A stretch of DNA of 64,000 bases from Amoebophrya sp. A120 (lineage: Eukaryota > Protista > Dinoflagellata). The DNA lies in contig CAJINV010000024.1 in assembly GCA_905178155.1 (NCBI GenBank), positions 75,494 to 139,493 on the forward strand, written 5' to 3'. Under the pieces are notes generated by a model that saw nothing but the letters and a program-made list of their open reading frames with translations, had not been told where the DNA came from and made no database searches. This document shows, in pieces, positions 1 through 13,100 of this stretch. Every line of letters begins with the position of its first letter. The stretch's first letter is position 1. A program made the position numbers and the translations under genes.

Positions 1-1140
1 AAGCGAAAAGAGGCACTGGGCTTTTCAATTTGTGCAAGACACGAGCAAAAAATAGGGAAGCAAAAGCACGCGCGGTCTTTTCCCAGGGGCGGTTTCTATT
101 GAGTGCAGGCACTACCCCTAGATGAAAAAGTCTGCGCATGTGGGTTCCCTAGATTCCCTAGATTTCCAAAATGCCCTCCCTAGATTTTCGCTAGATCGTC
201 ACAACATCGCTGTGAAAAAAGAGGCCGTCACTAAAACCACGGCGGCATGACGGATTTTCCCTTCCACCCCCCTTCCATCGATCTTTTCCTTGGCCAGCAA
301 AAATGTTTGCGCTTGGCAGACCCAAACGGGACCGTCATTGAGCCAAACACGGCCGTTTTGATGGATTTTCCATGGCCCCTCCACAGCTGACAAACCCAAA
401 CATTTTTGCAATACCCTTCGCGCATAGTATCTGCCTCTCGCGGTAAAAAATAAAAATGCCATTTGTCGTATAGCATTACAAACTCAAAGTTTTCCAGACC
501 CACCAGGGATCTTTGCAACGCGCAGTGGCTTGATTTGATCACCCAATCAGCCTAAGATCTAAGCATCTACAAATGCATGAACAGCTCCGCTCGCCAGAGT
601 CATGAGAGCGCTACTGCCGAAAAACTCCTGAGAATGGAGAACAGAGATGCTCGCGTCTCTTTTGATCTTTGTTCCAGGACGTCGAGCACGTCAATGCCAG
701 TACGTGCTGCTAGATGTCGGCAGAGTTTTTTTCTTTTTTCTTTTGTGTGAGAAAAAAGCAAAAAACTCCAATCGTTTCGTCAGGAACTACTTGATAATCC
801 GGAGGTGTCGCATGGTTCAGTCGTACAGCGTATTACTTTACAGGACAAAGAAGCAAACGCAAGAACAAGTGACATCTGTATATGTCATTTTCCTCGTACG
901 AAGGGACGAAAGGCTAAGTGAAAGTAAAAAGGCACATGGCATTAAACGTCGTAAGGATGAGGAAGCTAAAAATGCGATAGTAAGAACCGTTCCACTATAA
1001 TCGGTTTCACTACGGTTTGTTTGTGTCGCTTTGTGTCGCCGCGGCTACCCAAGTTTAGGATCAGGTCTACTAGAAGTGTACCACGAGAAATAACTCTTGA
1101 GTACTCGCATGTTGTACTTTCATCCCGCCTATCATTGTTC

Positions 1141-4100
1141 TCACCTCTTCCGCCCACTCGCCGCGCTCCTCCCCCCGCCGCCACCTTTCCGGACCGTTGC
1201 CTTTGCGTTCCTGGCTGCCTGTGCCTTCGCTTTCGCTTTGGCCGCGGCCGCCGCGGCTTTCGCCCGGGCTTTCTATCGCGAGAAAAAGGTGTTTACAGAT
1301 ACACATTGTGTTGCAGGCGAAGCAAGACAGACAAGTTCTGTCATGCGGGAAATGCTTGCCAGCCTCATTTCATTCGTGATTTGCCTTATAGTCTGCGCAT
1401 CACAGGTTTTCTTTGCCATGTCGAGCAACTTTGTGATGCAGAAACTCCAACAAATGTGAAACTGTAAAACACTTTTATCCTGTGATACTTTCTGCTGCTG
1501 TGCCAGTAACTTCGCCTGCTTCTCTCGGGCCTCCCTTTCCAAGCGAATCGCCCGGGCCTTGTTCTTTTCCCTCTTCTATCAAATGCAAAAATGTCTGGGT
1601 CTGGAAGAACGCATGTTTGTCATGCTTGTCTGGCATGAGTCTTAAATCTGTAATGCACGTTATCCAAGAGCCCTGTTTTTCTGTGATGCAGAAACGCAGT
1701 TTGTCATGCAGAATAGGCAACACCTAGAAGCTCAGAAACTTGTAATGCTACGCCAGCATTTGTGGCCTCATCATGAGACGCCACCCAGCATCACAAGTTT
1801 CCAGACCGAGACATTTTTACATTTGATATCTTCCTCCGCTGCAGTTCCTTCTGGTACGGCCTCTTCAAGTATCAAATGTAAAAATGTCTGGGTCTGGAAA
1901 GTTGGGACTTGTGATGCTAACTTTGGATTCTAAAAAAAATCTGTATTGCATGACCAGCAAGAGGAGCCACATTGGTGCCGCGCGAGGAGGGCATTTGTCA
2001 TGCGGAAATGGCATCAGGAAGCGTTCCAAAAATCTGTGATGCTGGGTCATGCATTACAAGCATCATGGGTCATGCCAGACAAGCATGACAAGCCTTCCAT
2101 TCTTCCAGACCCAGACATTTTTACATTTGATATCAAGCGGACGTAATCGGCCGTGCCGCGCTTAGACAGCGTCGTTGGGAGAAGGAGCATGTTTTCGAGA
2201 TGTAGATCGAACTCGGGATCTTCCGGCTCCTCTTCCACTAGCAATTGATGTTGCTGGGCTGCCTGCCGCTGTCTCATCACCTCCTGGGCATCTTGCGCTG
2301 CTTTATTTCCCAGCCCGACAAAACCTTGCTGCCGCGACGTGCCGCTCTGATGGTTCAAAATTCCAGGTTTAATATTCTGTCGTTGCAGATTGATTTTATG
2401 AACTGCCGAAGATGAGGATGAGGACGAAGAAGACTGGTTGAGGACTACAGGTCTTTGGGGAAGACCGCTAGTACTTGGTGGAAGTTTATTCGCATTGGAA
2501 CTCGGCAAGGAACTACTTGCACTGGAGTCGTAGTTCTGCAACCCCATAGTAGCGCTCTTTCCGCTTTTGCCGTGTAGTTCCACCCTCTTCGCAACTGTGC
2601 CATGCGCAGCTGCCCTCTTCATGATCCCAGCGCCGTGTAGTTGAAGTTGTTTTCCTGCCGCACCGGTTCTGGCGACTTTCCCTTGTCGCGCGGGCCCACT
2701 TCCAGGCGGCAGCATCGTCTTTTTCAGGTGTTTCTGCTGCTCCGCAAGTCGAGCTTGCTGTTCTCGAAGTTTTCTTGCCTGCTCCTCCTGTTCCTTCTCC
2801 GCCGCTTCTTTCGCTTCCTTTTCAGCCTTCTCCCGGTAGAATTTGTTTCGGTTGAAAATCTCGTGTAATAGCGAGGTATCCAGTGCAAAAGTATCGTACT
2901 CGTAGTGATTGCAGTTATGCATTACAAACGCAGGTATTAGTGTCCATCCGCATTACAAATTTTATTTCTCATGCTGAGGAAATTTGTAATGCAATTACTA
3001 GTACGATACTTTTGCAGTTCATACTGGTTCTTCTTGGGCAATAGGTTCCCCTGCCGGTCCTTGGCTTCCTTTTCCTATGGAGAGCAAAAAGTTTGTCACA
3101 GTCACATCACTAACTTGCGGCCTTTGCATTACAAATTTTTTTAGCATCACAGCTTGTCCTTGTATTGCAGAAATGCTAGGAAAATCCCTCATGAGGTTTG
3201 GCTGTGATGCATTTTTACGCATGACATAAAGTTTTGTATTGCAGAAATGCGCATGAGTGATCGTGACGAACTGTTTTTTTTTTTTGGATATTTCCAAAAG
3301 GGGCTGCACGGTGAACATCGTCATCAGCTCCGGCCTATGCTGTGCAAAAGTATCGTACTCGTATAAATGCAAGTCTTGCATTACAAATCTTGTCCCTAAG
3401 GCAAATCTGCATTAGAAATTTCATTTATCATGCTGATAAATAAATTTGTAATGCATTTATACGAGTACGATACTTTTGCAGTTCATACGGCTTCATGTGC
3501 ACTCGCACGAGTGCTTGATTCAGTGATTCTTGCTGCGGTTCGCCCAGTATGGATTGTAAAAATGTCTGGGTCTGGAAGGTTGGGACTTGTAAAGCTAGCG
3601 TTCCATACCTAGAAAATCTGTATTGCATAACCAACAAAAGTCGCAGTCTCTTTTGTCATGCAAAAACGCAGTTTCTCATGCGGATTTCCTACGAGAAAGC
3701 GTTTTGGGAAGTTGTCATGCCGGACTGCATTCGGAAGCGTTTTCATCATGCACATTTTGGCATCACAAGTTTCCAGACCCAGACACTTTTGCATTTCGTA
3801 CCCAGCGCCGGCAGTGGGCCCGGAAGCTGGTGGGCCGGCATGCTCAAAGCTTCATCCAGGGTCGCGGTTCTTTTACCCCCGAGAGGGAATTTCTTGCCCG
3901 GTGGGTCCTCCGTTGCCACCGACTTCAGCCGGTTGTTTTCGATCTTCAGCTGCGTCACCGCGTCTGTTATGCACTGCAGATATGCCTGGGTCCGGAAGTT
4001 GCTAAACTTGTCATGTTGGGAAACTAAGGGCAGGGCGTCCCTTTGTAAAATACGAAACTTGCAGAAATCTGTGTTGCATGACTGCCAAAAACTGTCCACT

Positions 4101-7100
4101 TTCGACCAAGTTGGAGGGGAGTTTCTCATGCAAGATATGCATGACAGAGACCCCACAGTCTCTGTCATGCTAGGTCCCGCATTCCAGACCTCATGGCTCA
4201 TGGAAAACCTGCATAACAAGTTTAGAAGACTCTTCCAGACCCAGACACTTTTGCATTTCATATCTTTCGGCTTGGACACAATTTTCACGTTCGGGGGCAA
4301 CGACCGCGGGTTCACGCTGGTCACCGGGAAATTTTCTTCGACCCACTGCGTTTGGCGCGTCACCGCCTCGCGGATATCGCGCTCATTTGTCTCCGCTTCA
4401 CCGTTATGCAGTGCAAATAAGTCTGGGTCCTCTGGAAGGTTGTAATGCGTACCTTGCATTCCTGGAAAATCTGTGTTGCATGAGCAGCAAATAAGCAGCG
4501 TTCCTTATTATGCAATAAGGCAATTTGTATTGCGTGTCACGCAGAGGGAAACGCTCCGAAAGGTTGGCATGCTTGGCTGCCGTTGCAAGCGTTGCAGTCA
4601 TGCGCAATTCAGCATCACAGGTTTCCAGACATCCAGGGATATTTGCAATGCATAACCGTGCTGCTTTTCGAGATAGTCGCGCAGTGTCTTCTCGTAGACG
4701 AACTGCAGTTCGCCACTGAACCCGGACGCGAGGGAGATCAGGTCTCTCGCCAAGTGGGGCCGCTCGGTCTTGTCGGCGCGAACGAACTTGATTTGCATCT
4801 CCAAGACGGAGAAAAACGTGTTGTAACTGCCAGAGATCTATGCATTGCAAAAATGTCTGGGTCTGGAAGGATGCAACTTGTAATGCTAATTCTGGATCGT
4901 GCAAAAATCTGTGTTGCACAAATGCCAAAAGTTGTCCACTTTTGACCAAGTTAGTACGTAGCAGCACCATTTAGTTAACTCCTGACGGGTCGGCGTTAGA
5001 ACAGATTTAACCTCTGCCAATACCTGGGCGCTAGAACAGATTTAGCCTCTGCCGATACCCCTAGGTGGATACACGATCCACTTCCTAGCTACCACCCGGC
5101 TGCACCCGCAAAACCGCTATCGATTGCTTACGCGTAGCTACAACCAGTGGGCGGGCGCTATGTGTGGCTGACCTGCCTCACCATCCAAGCCCGCGAGCAG
5201 GGTGGAGCTCCAGCATTGCCCTAATGGGTTAGTCGTACAAGCTTGCGCATGCAAAGTCTTACTTTTGTGGCCGGTTGCGCGCTAAAAAATACACTGGGGG
5301 TCTAATGATCACACACGATGACCCTATCGCGATGGGTGGCAGACGACCCCACGGCGTGTCCCTTTCCGACACTTTGCGCCGACCTGTTTCCCGCGCCCTT
5401 TTCTATGCGTTTCCGGAGAATCGGCCCGCAGGGCTCCGCATTTGCAGAGCCGCCACCGCGCCCGCCCCGGGGGACCCCTTGGGGAAGGGGGGCGCTGCTT
5501 TCGCGCAGTCTTTAAACTAGCAACCCTGCCCGCCGCCACTTCTTTAATCTATTCCTTTGTTTCTTTTTCTCTCCTTTTTCTTTTTGTACAGTTAGAAGCG
5601 CCTTGCTACATGGAGTCAGCTGGCGGGGGCGGGATGAAAAGCAGCGCCGTGCCTCGGGGGCTGGCGAGAGCGATACGATTAGCATCGTCGCACCCCGTAG
5701 CAGGGCTGGCGGGGGCGTGTCGAGACGGGGTCCGCGCGCTGCCGTCTTTCTTGGAGAGGGCATTTGTCACGCGGAGTATGTAGGCGTCAGGAATCCGTCC
5801 AAAAATCTGTGACGCTAGGTCGTGCATTGCAGGCATCTCGGGCCAACAGGCCCCGCCGTCGTGGTACTTGCGCCAGGCCCGCCGCCGCGCCGGCTTTCCC
5901 AGCCCGACACGCTTCCAGCTGGTTCCCGCGGACGACAACACCGCGCCCGCGCCCTGCTTCCAGTAGCCCCGCACGAACTTCGTAACGCCCTCGGACTTTG
6001 CGGCCGCGGCCGCCCGGCGCAGCGCCGGCGCAAGGCGGTCCGCCAGTCGCTCGGCGAAAAGTAGGCGCCGCGCCGCAATGGACTCCCGCCGTCCGACTCC
6101 AGCAAGCCGCTACCACCGTAATCGGCCACGATCGCCGTGAACGTCAGCCACCCGCGAAGGCTCTCGGCCACGCTTTTCGAAGCTGCCCCGCCATGCTGCT
6201 GCTGGTCCTCCGGGTGTCCGATAAGAAGCGCGGGGTCTTCTGCGAATGTCAAGGAGCCCGCGACCGCCACATCCAGCACAAGCCGGCGACGCAGCTCGCT
6301 GCCCGCGTCACCCACCCCACGCAAATCATCGAGCCACTTGACTGCCGTCGTCCGCACCAGCATGAGAAGCTTTGCCGCGTCCGTTTTCCGGGAGACCGGG
6401 CTGCGGGTGTGCATGCTCAAACAAGTGGAGGCCGACGAAACCGGACACATAGAGCAGCGCCGTTTGTCCCCCGCGTTTTCCGAACTTCCCAGGCGCTTCC
6501 GCACCTCTCCAACGAGGTCGCGCCGCCGGGTGCTTTCCGGGTTCACCAGGTCGCGCGACATGGCGCGAGCCCGCCGCAAATCCTTCTCGAAGTTCTCCCG
6601 GTCCTCCGCGCCGGTTCTTACTTTGTTTTCCCGCTCCCGCCGGTGGCAAACTGCACGCCATCGAGAAGTCCCCCCGTCTTCTTCTCCGAGGCCGCCTCTG
6701 GCTGCGGAGCTTGCGTCTGCTGCCGGAATAGCTGGGCACCGCGAGGGCCGACAGGGTCCCCAACCTGCCACAGGACCAAGCAGAGAGACGAAATGCGCAA
6801 CGGTCTCGCTGTTAGGGTTGACATCGCCCCGGCCGATCATCCCACACAACGGCGCCAGCTGGTGCTTCGAACCGGCGCGAAGCCTGCCGAGCTGCTCCAG
6901 CGCCCTCTCCTGCGTCCGTGCCACTACTGGAGGCAATTCGCGCAGCGCGGGCCTGGTTCTCATTGTGGTCGACACCTGCGAACCCCGGCAAGCTCTTGCA
7001 ACTCTCCTCGCTGGTGGATCACGTACTGCAGCAGCGACACAGCTGGACCCAGGTCCCAGCTGGCGCGGGGCTTCCTTCCACTTTCGTCGGCCGGCGCGCG

Positions 7101-10100
7101 CGTGCCCCGCGCCCATCTTCCTCGCGAATGTTTCGCCCGCCATGGCCCCCCGAATCTTCGGAGGCAGGTAGAGGAGGCCGAGGCCCATGCGGCTCTCCCG
7201 TATGATCTGGCCGGCCTTCAGCTTCTCCCACTGCACTGCTTTGGCCTCTGTAGCCTTGCCGCTGAGCGTCCCGAGCCGGCAAAACAGCGGGGCCCCGGCC
7301 GGTCGTAGCGTCACACCTGTGGCCCACATCTTCAAGAGCCTGGCGGGGGGGCTCGAAGTCGTCCCATGCCTGCGTCCTGCAAAGGGTGTGCGCTGCAACA
7401 TTTGCGGCCAGGCAGTTCCGCCGGGATCGGCTTCCCGGCGGACTGTAGCAGACTGCAGGCGAAGACCGCGAGCGCCTCCCTTTGCTGCGCCAAAGCCGCG
7501 CCCTTTGCCGACTCAAATACTGCGACGCGCTGACTGTCGGGATTCTCGGGTAGGATCTTGGTGCACGGAGTGAAGGCCAGCGAACGCATTACGCGCCTCG
7601 GCGATAGTGGAGCCGGCGCCCGCCTTCGCGGATGAGCTGCTAGCGCCAGCAGCCGCTCCGGGGGCCCCCGCGCTTTTTCCTGCTTGCATAGCTTTGCCTA
7701 TCGCCTTGCCACGTGCATCGACTTCCTTCCCGGCTTCGCTCGTCTTCTTCTGCGAGTCCTTGCGTGCCTTCTGCAGCTTCTTGCGCAAGGCCTCCGCTTT
7801 TGGGTCGGACTTGGCCAGGGCGAGCATTGCAGCCTTCTCGCTCCGGGCCGCCGCCGTTGCTGCCCACGCGTCGCTGGTCAAGATATACCCCGAGGGAATG
7901 CAGGCGCTTCGTCTGGTCCGAGGGAGAGCGGGAGGCATAGGCCCCCGAGAAAGGCCGCCACATCGAACGCCAGGGGGAACACTCTCAGAGCCGGGCGAAG
8001 TTCGCCCGCGCACCGGTCCAAAATCAGGCAGCAGGTGGGGCCGCAGAGAATGCCTGCGCTTGGCCCGAGTGGATCGCTCTGCTGTGCGGAGTCACCAGCG
8101 CCGCCGGCTAGGTCGCCACCGCCTGCGCCGCACAGGCCCCGGCCCAACTGTGTAGAGCGCCGCAGCAGCTCAGCCATTGGCCCACGAAGCAGCCGCCGCC
8201 CGCCCTCGTTCACGGCTGTGAAACCATCGGGCGCCTTAGCAGCTGCCCGCCCGGAGTCGAGGCAACCCCACGGGGCCGCGATGTTTTCCTGCACATCCAG
8301 AAGCGTCTCGGCAAAGCCTTCGCGCCCTTGCTGCATCCGGGTGCGGGTGCCTTGGGTCCCGAGAAGTCGACAAAAGCCCAGGGGGTTGCGGAGGTTCGTC
8401 ACGGCGCGCGCGACGTCGTCGCCTACTTTCGAGGCCTTGGATGCTTTCCCGCCTGCCTTCGCCGGCGGCGCGGAAGAATCAGCGGGCAGCAATCGCCACC
8501 GCGCGAAGTCGGGCTGCGGTTCCGGAGCAGTGAGCACATCTGAAGACGCGATCTCCGATGGCTTTGCAGTGGCTTCTAGCTGCATCTTCCGCGATTCAAT
8601 GCTGGAGACCGAAAGCGGCCACTTCTCATCCACATCCTCTCGCGTTAGGGACGCGGCGCGATCCGGCTGTCGGGGGTCCAGGGAGCTCTCGGCCGTTCTG
8701 ACCAAGTCGGTGGCCGCGTCGGCGCCCTCGTTTGTCGCTACGCGCTCTGGGTCAAGCGACGCGCTGGCGCCTGCGTGTCTTTTCTGTAATTTCAACAGTC
8801 GCCGCGCCAGCTTTCGACTGCCCTCAATAAACGCTGGTAGCCTGGTCACCTTCGCCAAGTTGGGAGGAGGCTTCTCATGCAGGATAGGCATGATAGGGGT
8901 CTCACAGAATCTGTCATGCAGGGTCCTGCATATCAGACGGCATGGATCATGGAAAATCTGCATGACAAATCTCGCAATTTCCCAGACTCAAACATTTTTG
9001 CATTTGATAAGATCGAGGAGGTCGACAGACTGTCGATCTTGTTTTCGTTCAGAATTTTCGACCACATCGTCAAAAGCTTGCAGTTATCCACGAGCAAAAT
9101 CTCCAGCAGTTCTATCAAAATTAAAAATCGCCCCGCGGCCCCATAGCAAAGTGGAAATCTCTTATGCGGGATTTGTGTACACAAATCAGCTCTGTCTTGC
9201 AGTGAGACACTGCAGGCAAAGCCTAAGTCTGCGTAGGGGTGTTGTTATTTGGTGTAGGTGCTTACTGCTTAGCATAGCAGAGGCCTGCCATGCAAGCGTA
9301 ACAGCATTACTTACAAACCGCCTGCATCAGGCGGCGGATAATTCTTTGGCTTTGATGCCCTCTTGCACGAGAGACAGGATTTGTGGTCACAAATCAGCAT
9401 GACAAACTTTTAGAAGAAGACCTTTTCAACAGGAGTGTGGGGAGGTGGGGGGATTTTTCCTCGCAATAAGTTCCACCGCGACCGGGTAGTCGAGAAAGAT
9501 TTTGTAATATCGCAAGAAAAAAGTGTTACAGTTACACACTGTCTTGCAAGCCCAGCATGACAGACAACCTCGGTCATGCCGGATAAGCATAGGAGCCTTG
9601 TTTCATACGTGTTCTCCCGTAGGGTTTCTGCAGTGCAAGTTTTCTCTCTCATGCAGAGGAATCTGTGTTGCTGCATTGACAACAGATGTGTAACTGTAAT
9701 TTTTTTTTCGTTGGATATGTATGTCGGGTTTCGGAAGTACAGGAGATACCGCAGAAACCAGCGGAAATCCGGATCGTCGACGTGTCTTTTTACAACGTGC
9801 TGTAGATACCGGGGGTTCAGCAGTGATTGCAGGAACTGGCTTTCCCACGTGAACCGCTGCACATCGCTTATCGTGAGAAAAAACTGCTTCACTGTGAACT
9901 TGTGATGCAGAAAATGAAACACGGAACTCTTTGTCTTCCTACACCTGCAAGGCATTGGATTTACAAGCGTGTTTTGCCTTGGGAAGCGCGCATGACAAAT
10001 TTTCAGTGTCATGTGTAGCAAACTCGTGATGCAGATCTTGCACCTTATAATTCCCTATTTCCGCTCGGGAGGGTTTTTTTTCTGGCTTGAGGACCCCCTC

Positions 10101-13100
10101 CCACCCCCCCCGATCTCGGATGTGCGTGGGCCCATGAAAGTCCAAGGACTTGAAACATGCAAACATTTATGCTTGGGGGCTGCAGAGTCGCATGAAAAAC
10201 AAAAGACTCTGAGCGGGCTGCACCGCACATGCGCGACCGAACGAGCGAGAAGTAATCAACAAGAAACTAGAGATAGAGGTGTGCGGCACCTCAAGATACT
10301 TATGATGGCGACGAAAAGATGAAATAATTTTGTTTTTTTGAAATGTCAGACCATTGCGTATTACGGTACAAAACAGGTCAGCACTACCTCGATTGCGGTG
10401 TTTGCAAAGCGAAGCGGTAGCTGTAAAATGGAGTTTTTGCTTGTCATCATGAAGAATTAGTATGTCCGCATGAGTGTCGCCGGATCTAAGGGCCCATCTA
10501 TGCACTCGCCTCATGGAGCACGCTGTGTGTCAGGAACGGTGCCGGGCATAAAAAGCGGGGTGCGGCCCCTTGAAATAGGTGGACTTTTTTTCTTCAATTA
10601 TGCAGCCAAAAGAGAGCACATATGCGCGCGGTGAGTGGGTGGACTCTTTGGGTGCGGCCCGACCGAAACCACCACTGCACCCGCCTAGCGATAGCAAGAA
10701 GAAACTGGATGCTTCCGGGTGCGGCCCATCAGCGAGTAAATAGAGTGGCTGCCTCTAAGAGCGGTAAAACGTAGAAGCTAAAGGCTAAAAAGTATCTATC
10801 AACAACCGACCCCGATCAGCCCGTTGGCAAAACGGAAAAAAAAAACATCTGCCCCTGCAACAAATGCGGGGTCCGCCACCTAGCGCTACAAGGATTCCAG
10901 AAGTAAGCAAGACGACGAAAAAGAAGTAAAAGGGTAGAGACCTACATCTACGTGGGAACGCGGGGAAAGCAGGGAAGATCCGGCATTTCAGCATGAGGAG
11001 CGTACGAATTTGCGATCTAGCTCCATCGGGGGCGATAGGTACTCACGAACGAAGAGCAATGGCAACGAAGTGCAGACGACAGCAACGAAGGGCTGGAACT
11101 TTCGCGAGACCAAACTAGATGGCAAGCGAGGTCCCCGCGCCCCCCCTGGATGCAGATCTTGCAAAGTCATCACAGTGAAACACTTTTTTCGTACGATATT
11201 GCTGTACGGAAGTTTAGCAGCCTGGAGCGCTTTTTCGGCGCGGGTGGCTTGATACTGTTCCTTTTTCTCTTTCTCCCGTTCGTCGTGCCGTTTTCTTTTG
11301 AAGGAAGGCGGCGAAGCACAAAAACTGCTCGCCTCGAGGGTCGTGTCCTGTTGCGCCGGCGTCGTGGTGTCTACAACTTCCTGGGCGGGATTCTTTACAT
11401 CTCTTTCAACATCATCTTCTTTCTTGCAGTACAGCCGTCTCACATTTTTCTCGTAGATCCCGGCCACCTCCTCGAGCATGCAGTCCTGGATGCGCTTCGC
11501 CCCTTTCGCCAAGGTCTCGAGCTGCTTCTCCTGCTTTTCCAAAACGTACGCGAACCGCAGGAACCGGTTGCGGAAATACCGGTTGTCTTCTAGCCGGACG
11601 TCCACGAAATAGTTCTCCAACGAGTACCATCGCAAGGAAAAAGTGTCTCAGTCTCAACTTGTAATGCGGAATCAATGTCCTGCAGAGCGTTTTTTTGTCA
11701 TGCTCGACAGGCAAGAAATAAAGGGCACAACGAACTTCTTCAAGCGTGTTTTCTCTTGCATAAGACGACGCGTGACAGATAATCTTTCATGTCATCATGC
11801 TCGCTGAGGGCATTTGTAATGCTGAAACTACTAGTTATTAGGTTTGACATGGAGACGGGGACAGTTTCTTCGCACGATAAGTACTCAAAGTCGTCCATGA
11901 TTTCCGCGACCTGCCCCACTCTCAACTGTAAAAATGTCTGGGTCTGGAAGAATTCATGTTTGTCATGCTTGTCTGGCATGACTCTTAAATCTGTCATGCA
12001 CGTTACCCAAGAGTTCCGTTTTTCTGTGATGCAGCGCCGCAGTTTGTCATGCGGAATAGGCAACACCTAGGAGCTCAGAAACTTGTCATGCTGAGCTAGT
12101 AGTCGTAGCCTCATCATGAGACGCCACCCAGCATCACAAGTTTCCAGACCCAGACACTTTTACTTTTGATACCCGCGTCCTGCTTGCACTTTTCCGCAAC
12201 CACCGCTGCGGGCGAGGCCGGGTGCAGTTTGTGCACTGCAAAAGTGTTTGGGTCTGGAAGGTCGGGACTTGTCATGCTAAATCTGAATCATGCAAAAATC
12301 TGTGTTGCATGATTCCCAAACGCTGTCCAATTTTGATCAAGTTGAGAGGCAGTTTCTCATGCAGGATAGGCATGACAGTGATCTCACGGAATCTGTCATG
12401 CTAGGTCCTCCATGTCAGATCACATGGGTCATGCAAAACGTGCATGACAAGTCTCAGAAATGTCCAGACCCGGACATTTATACATTTGATACAGTTTGGT
12501 CAGCGTCCACTTCCCGCTCAGCCGTTTCGCGTTCTCGAGGACCAGGCTGTTGATGCGGTTCAATCCTGTGCAAAAGTATCGCACTCGTATAAATGCAAGT
12601 CTTGCATTACAAATCTTGTTCCCAAGGCAAATCTGCATTACAAATTCAGTACAAATTTTATTTCTCATGCTGAAGAAATTTGTAATGCATTTAGATTTAT
12701 ACGAGTACGATACTTTTGCAATTCATAGGTTCAGCTGGTCCACCATGTTGCTGATCACCGACTGCCCCGGCGAAGTGCCGATCGGCAGGCCGGGTCCCGG
12801 CCGTTTGAATGGCTGGCTGAAGTACGTCGGCTGCGCAAACTCGCGTTGGTGATAGGGTGAACGTCGGGGCTTGTATCAAAAGGAAAAATCCCCCCTCCCC
12901 ATATTGAAAAAGTACGTTTTCGAAAATTTGTGTTGCTGATTTGTGACCAAAAATCGTCTCTGTGTCGCATGAAGGCAACTGCACAGGCTTCGCCGCATTC
13001 TAAAGGCGGTTTGTCATGCTCATGCGCCTACAGCGTACATGGCTGTCATGCTAAGCGCCTAGGCCAATGCCTGTCTTCTCAGGCTTGATATGGGCCTGCA

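Noticed and set aside
1-560. A/T-tract-rich segment with short ccctagat repeats, possibly the end of a mobile element
   Set aside because: Cut by the window edge; no second end, TSD or second copy is visible.
4839-9009. Autonomous introner encoding its own transposase
   Set aside because: The inner 3.9 kb has its own TSD and tail and no recognisable DDE or tyrosine-recombinase motif, so it is better read as a secondary insertion. A profile search should still be run.
5998-9402. Long plus-strand ORFs (436, 344 and 572 aa)
   Set aside because: Antisense shadows of GC-rich minus-strand ORFs; they cross element boundaries and show no motifs.
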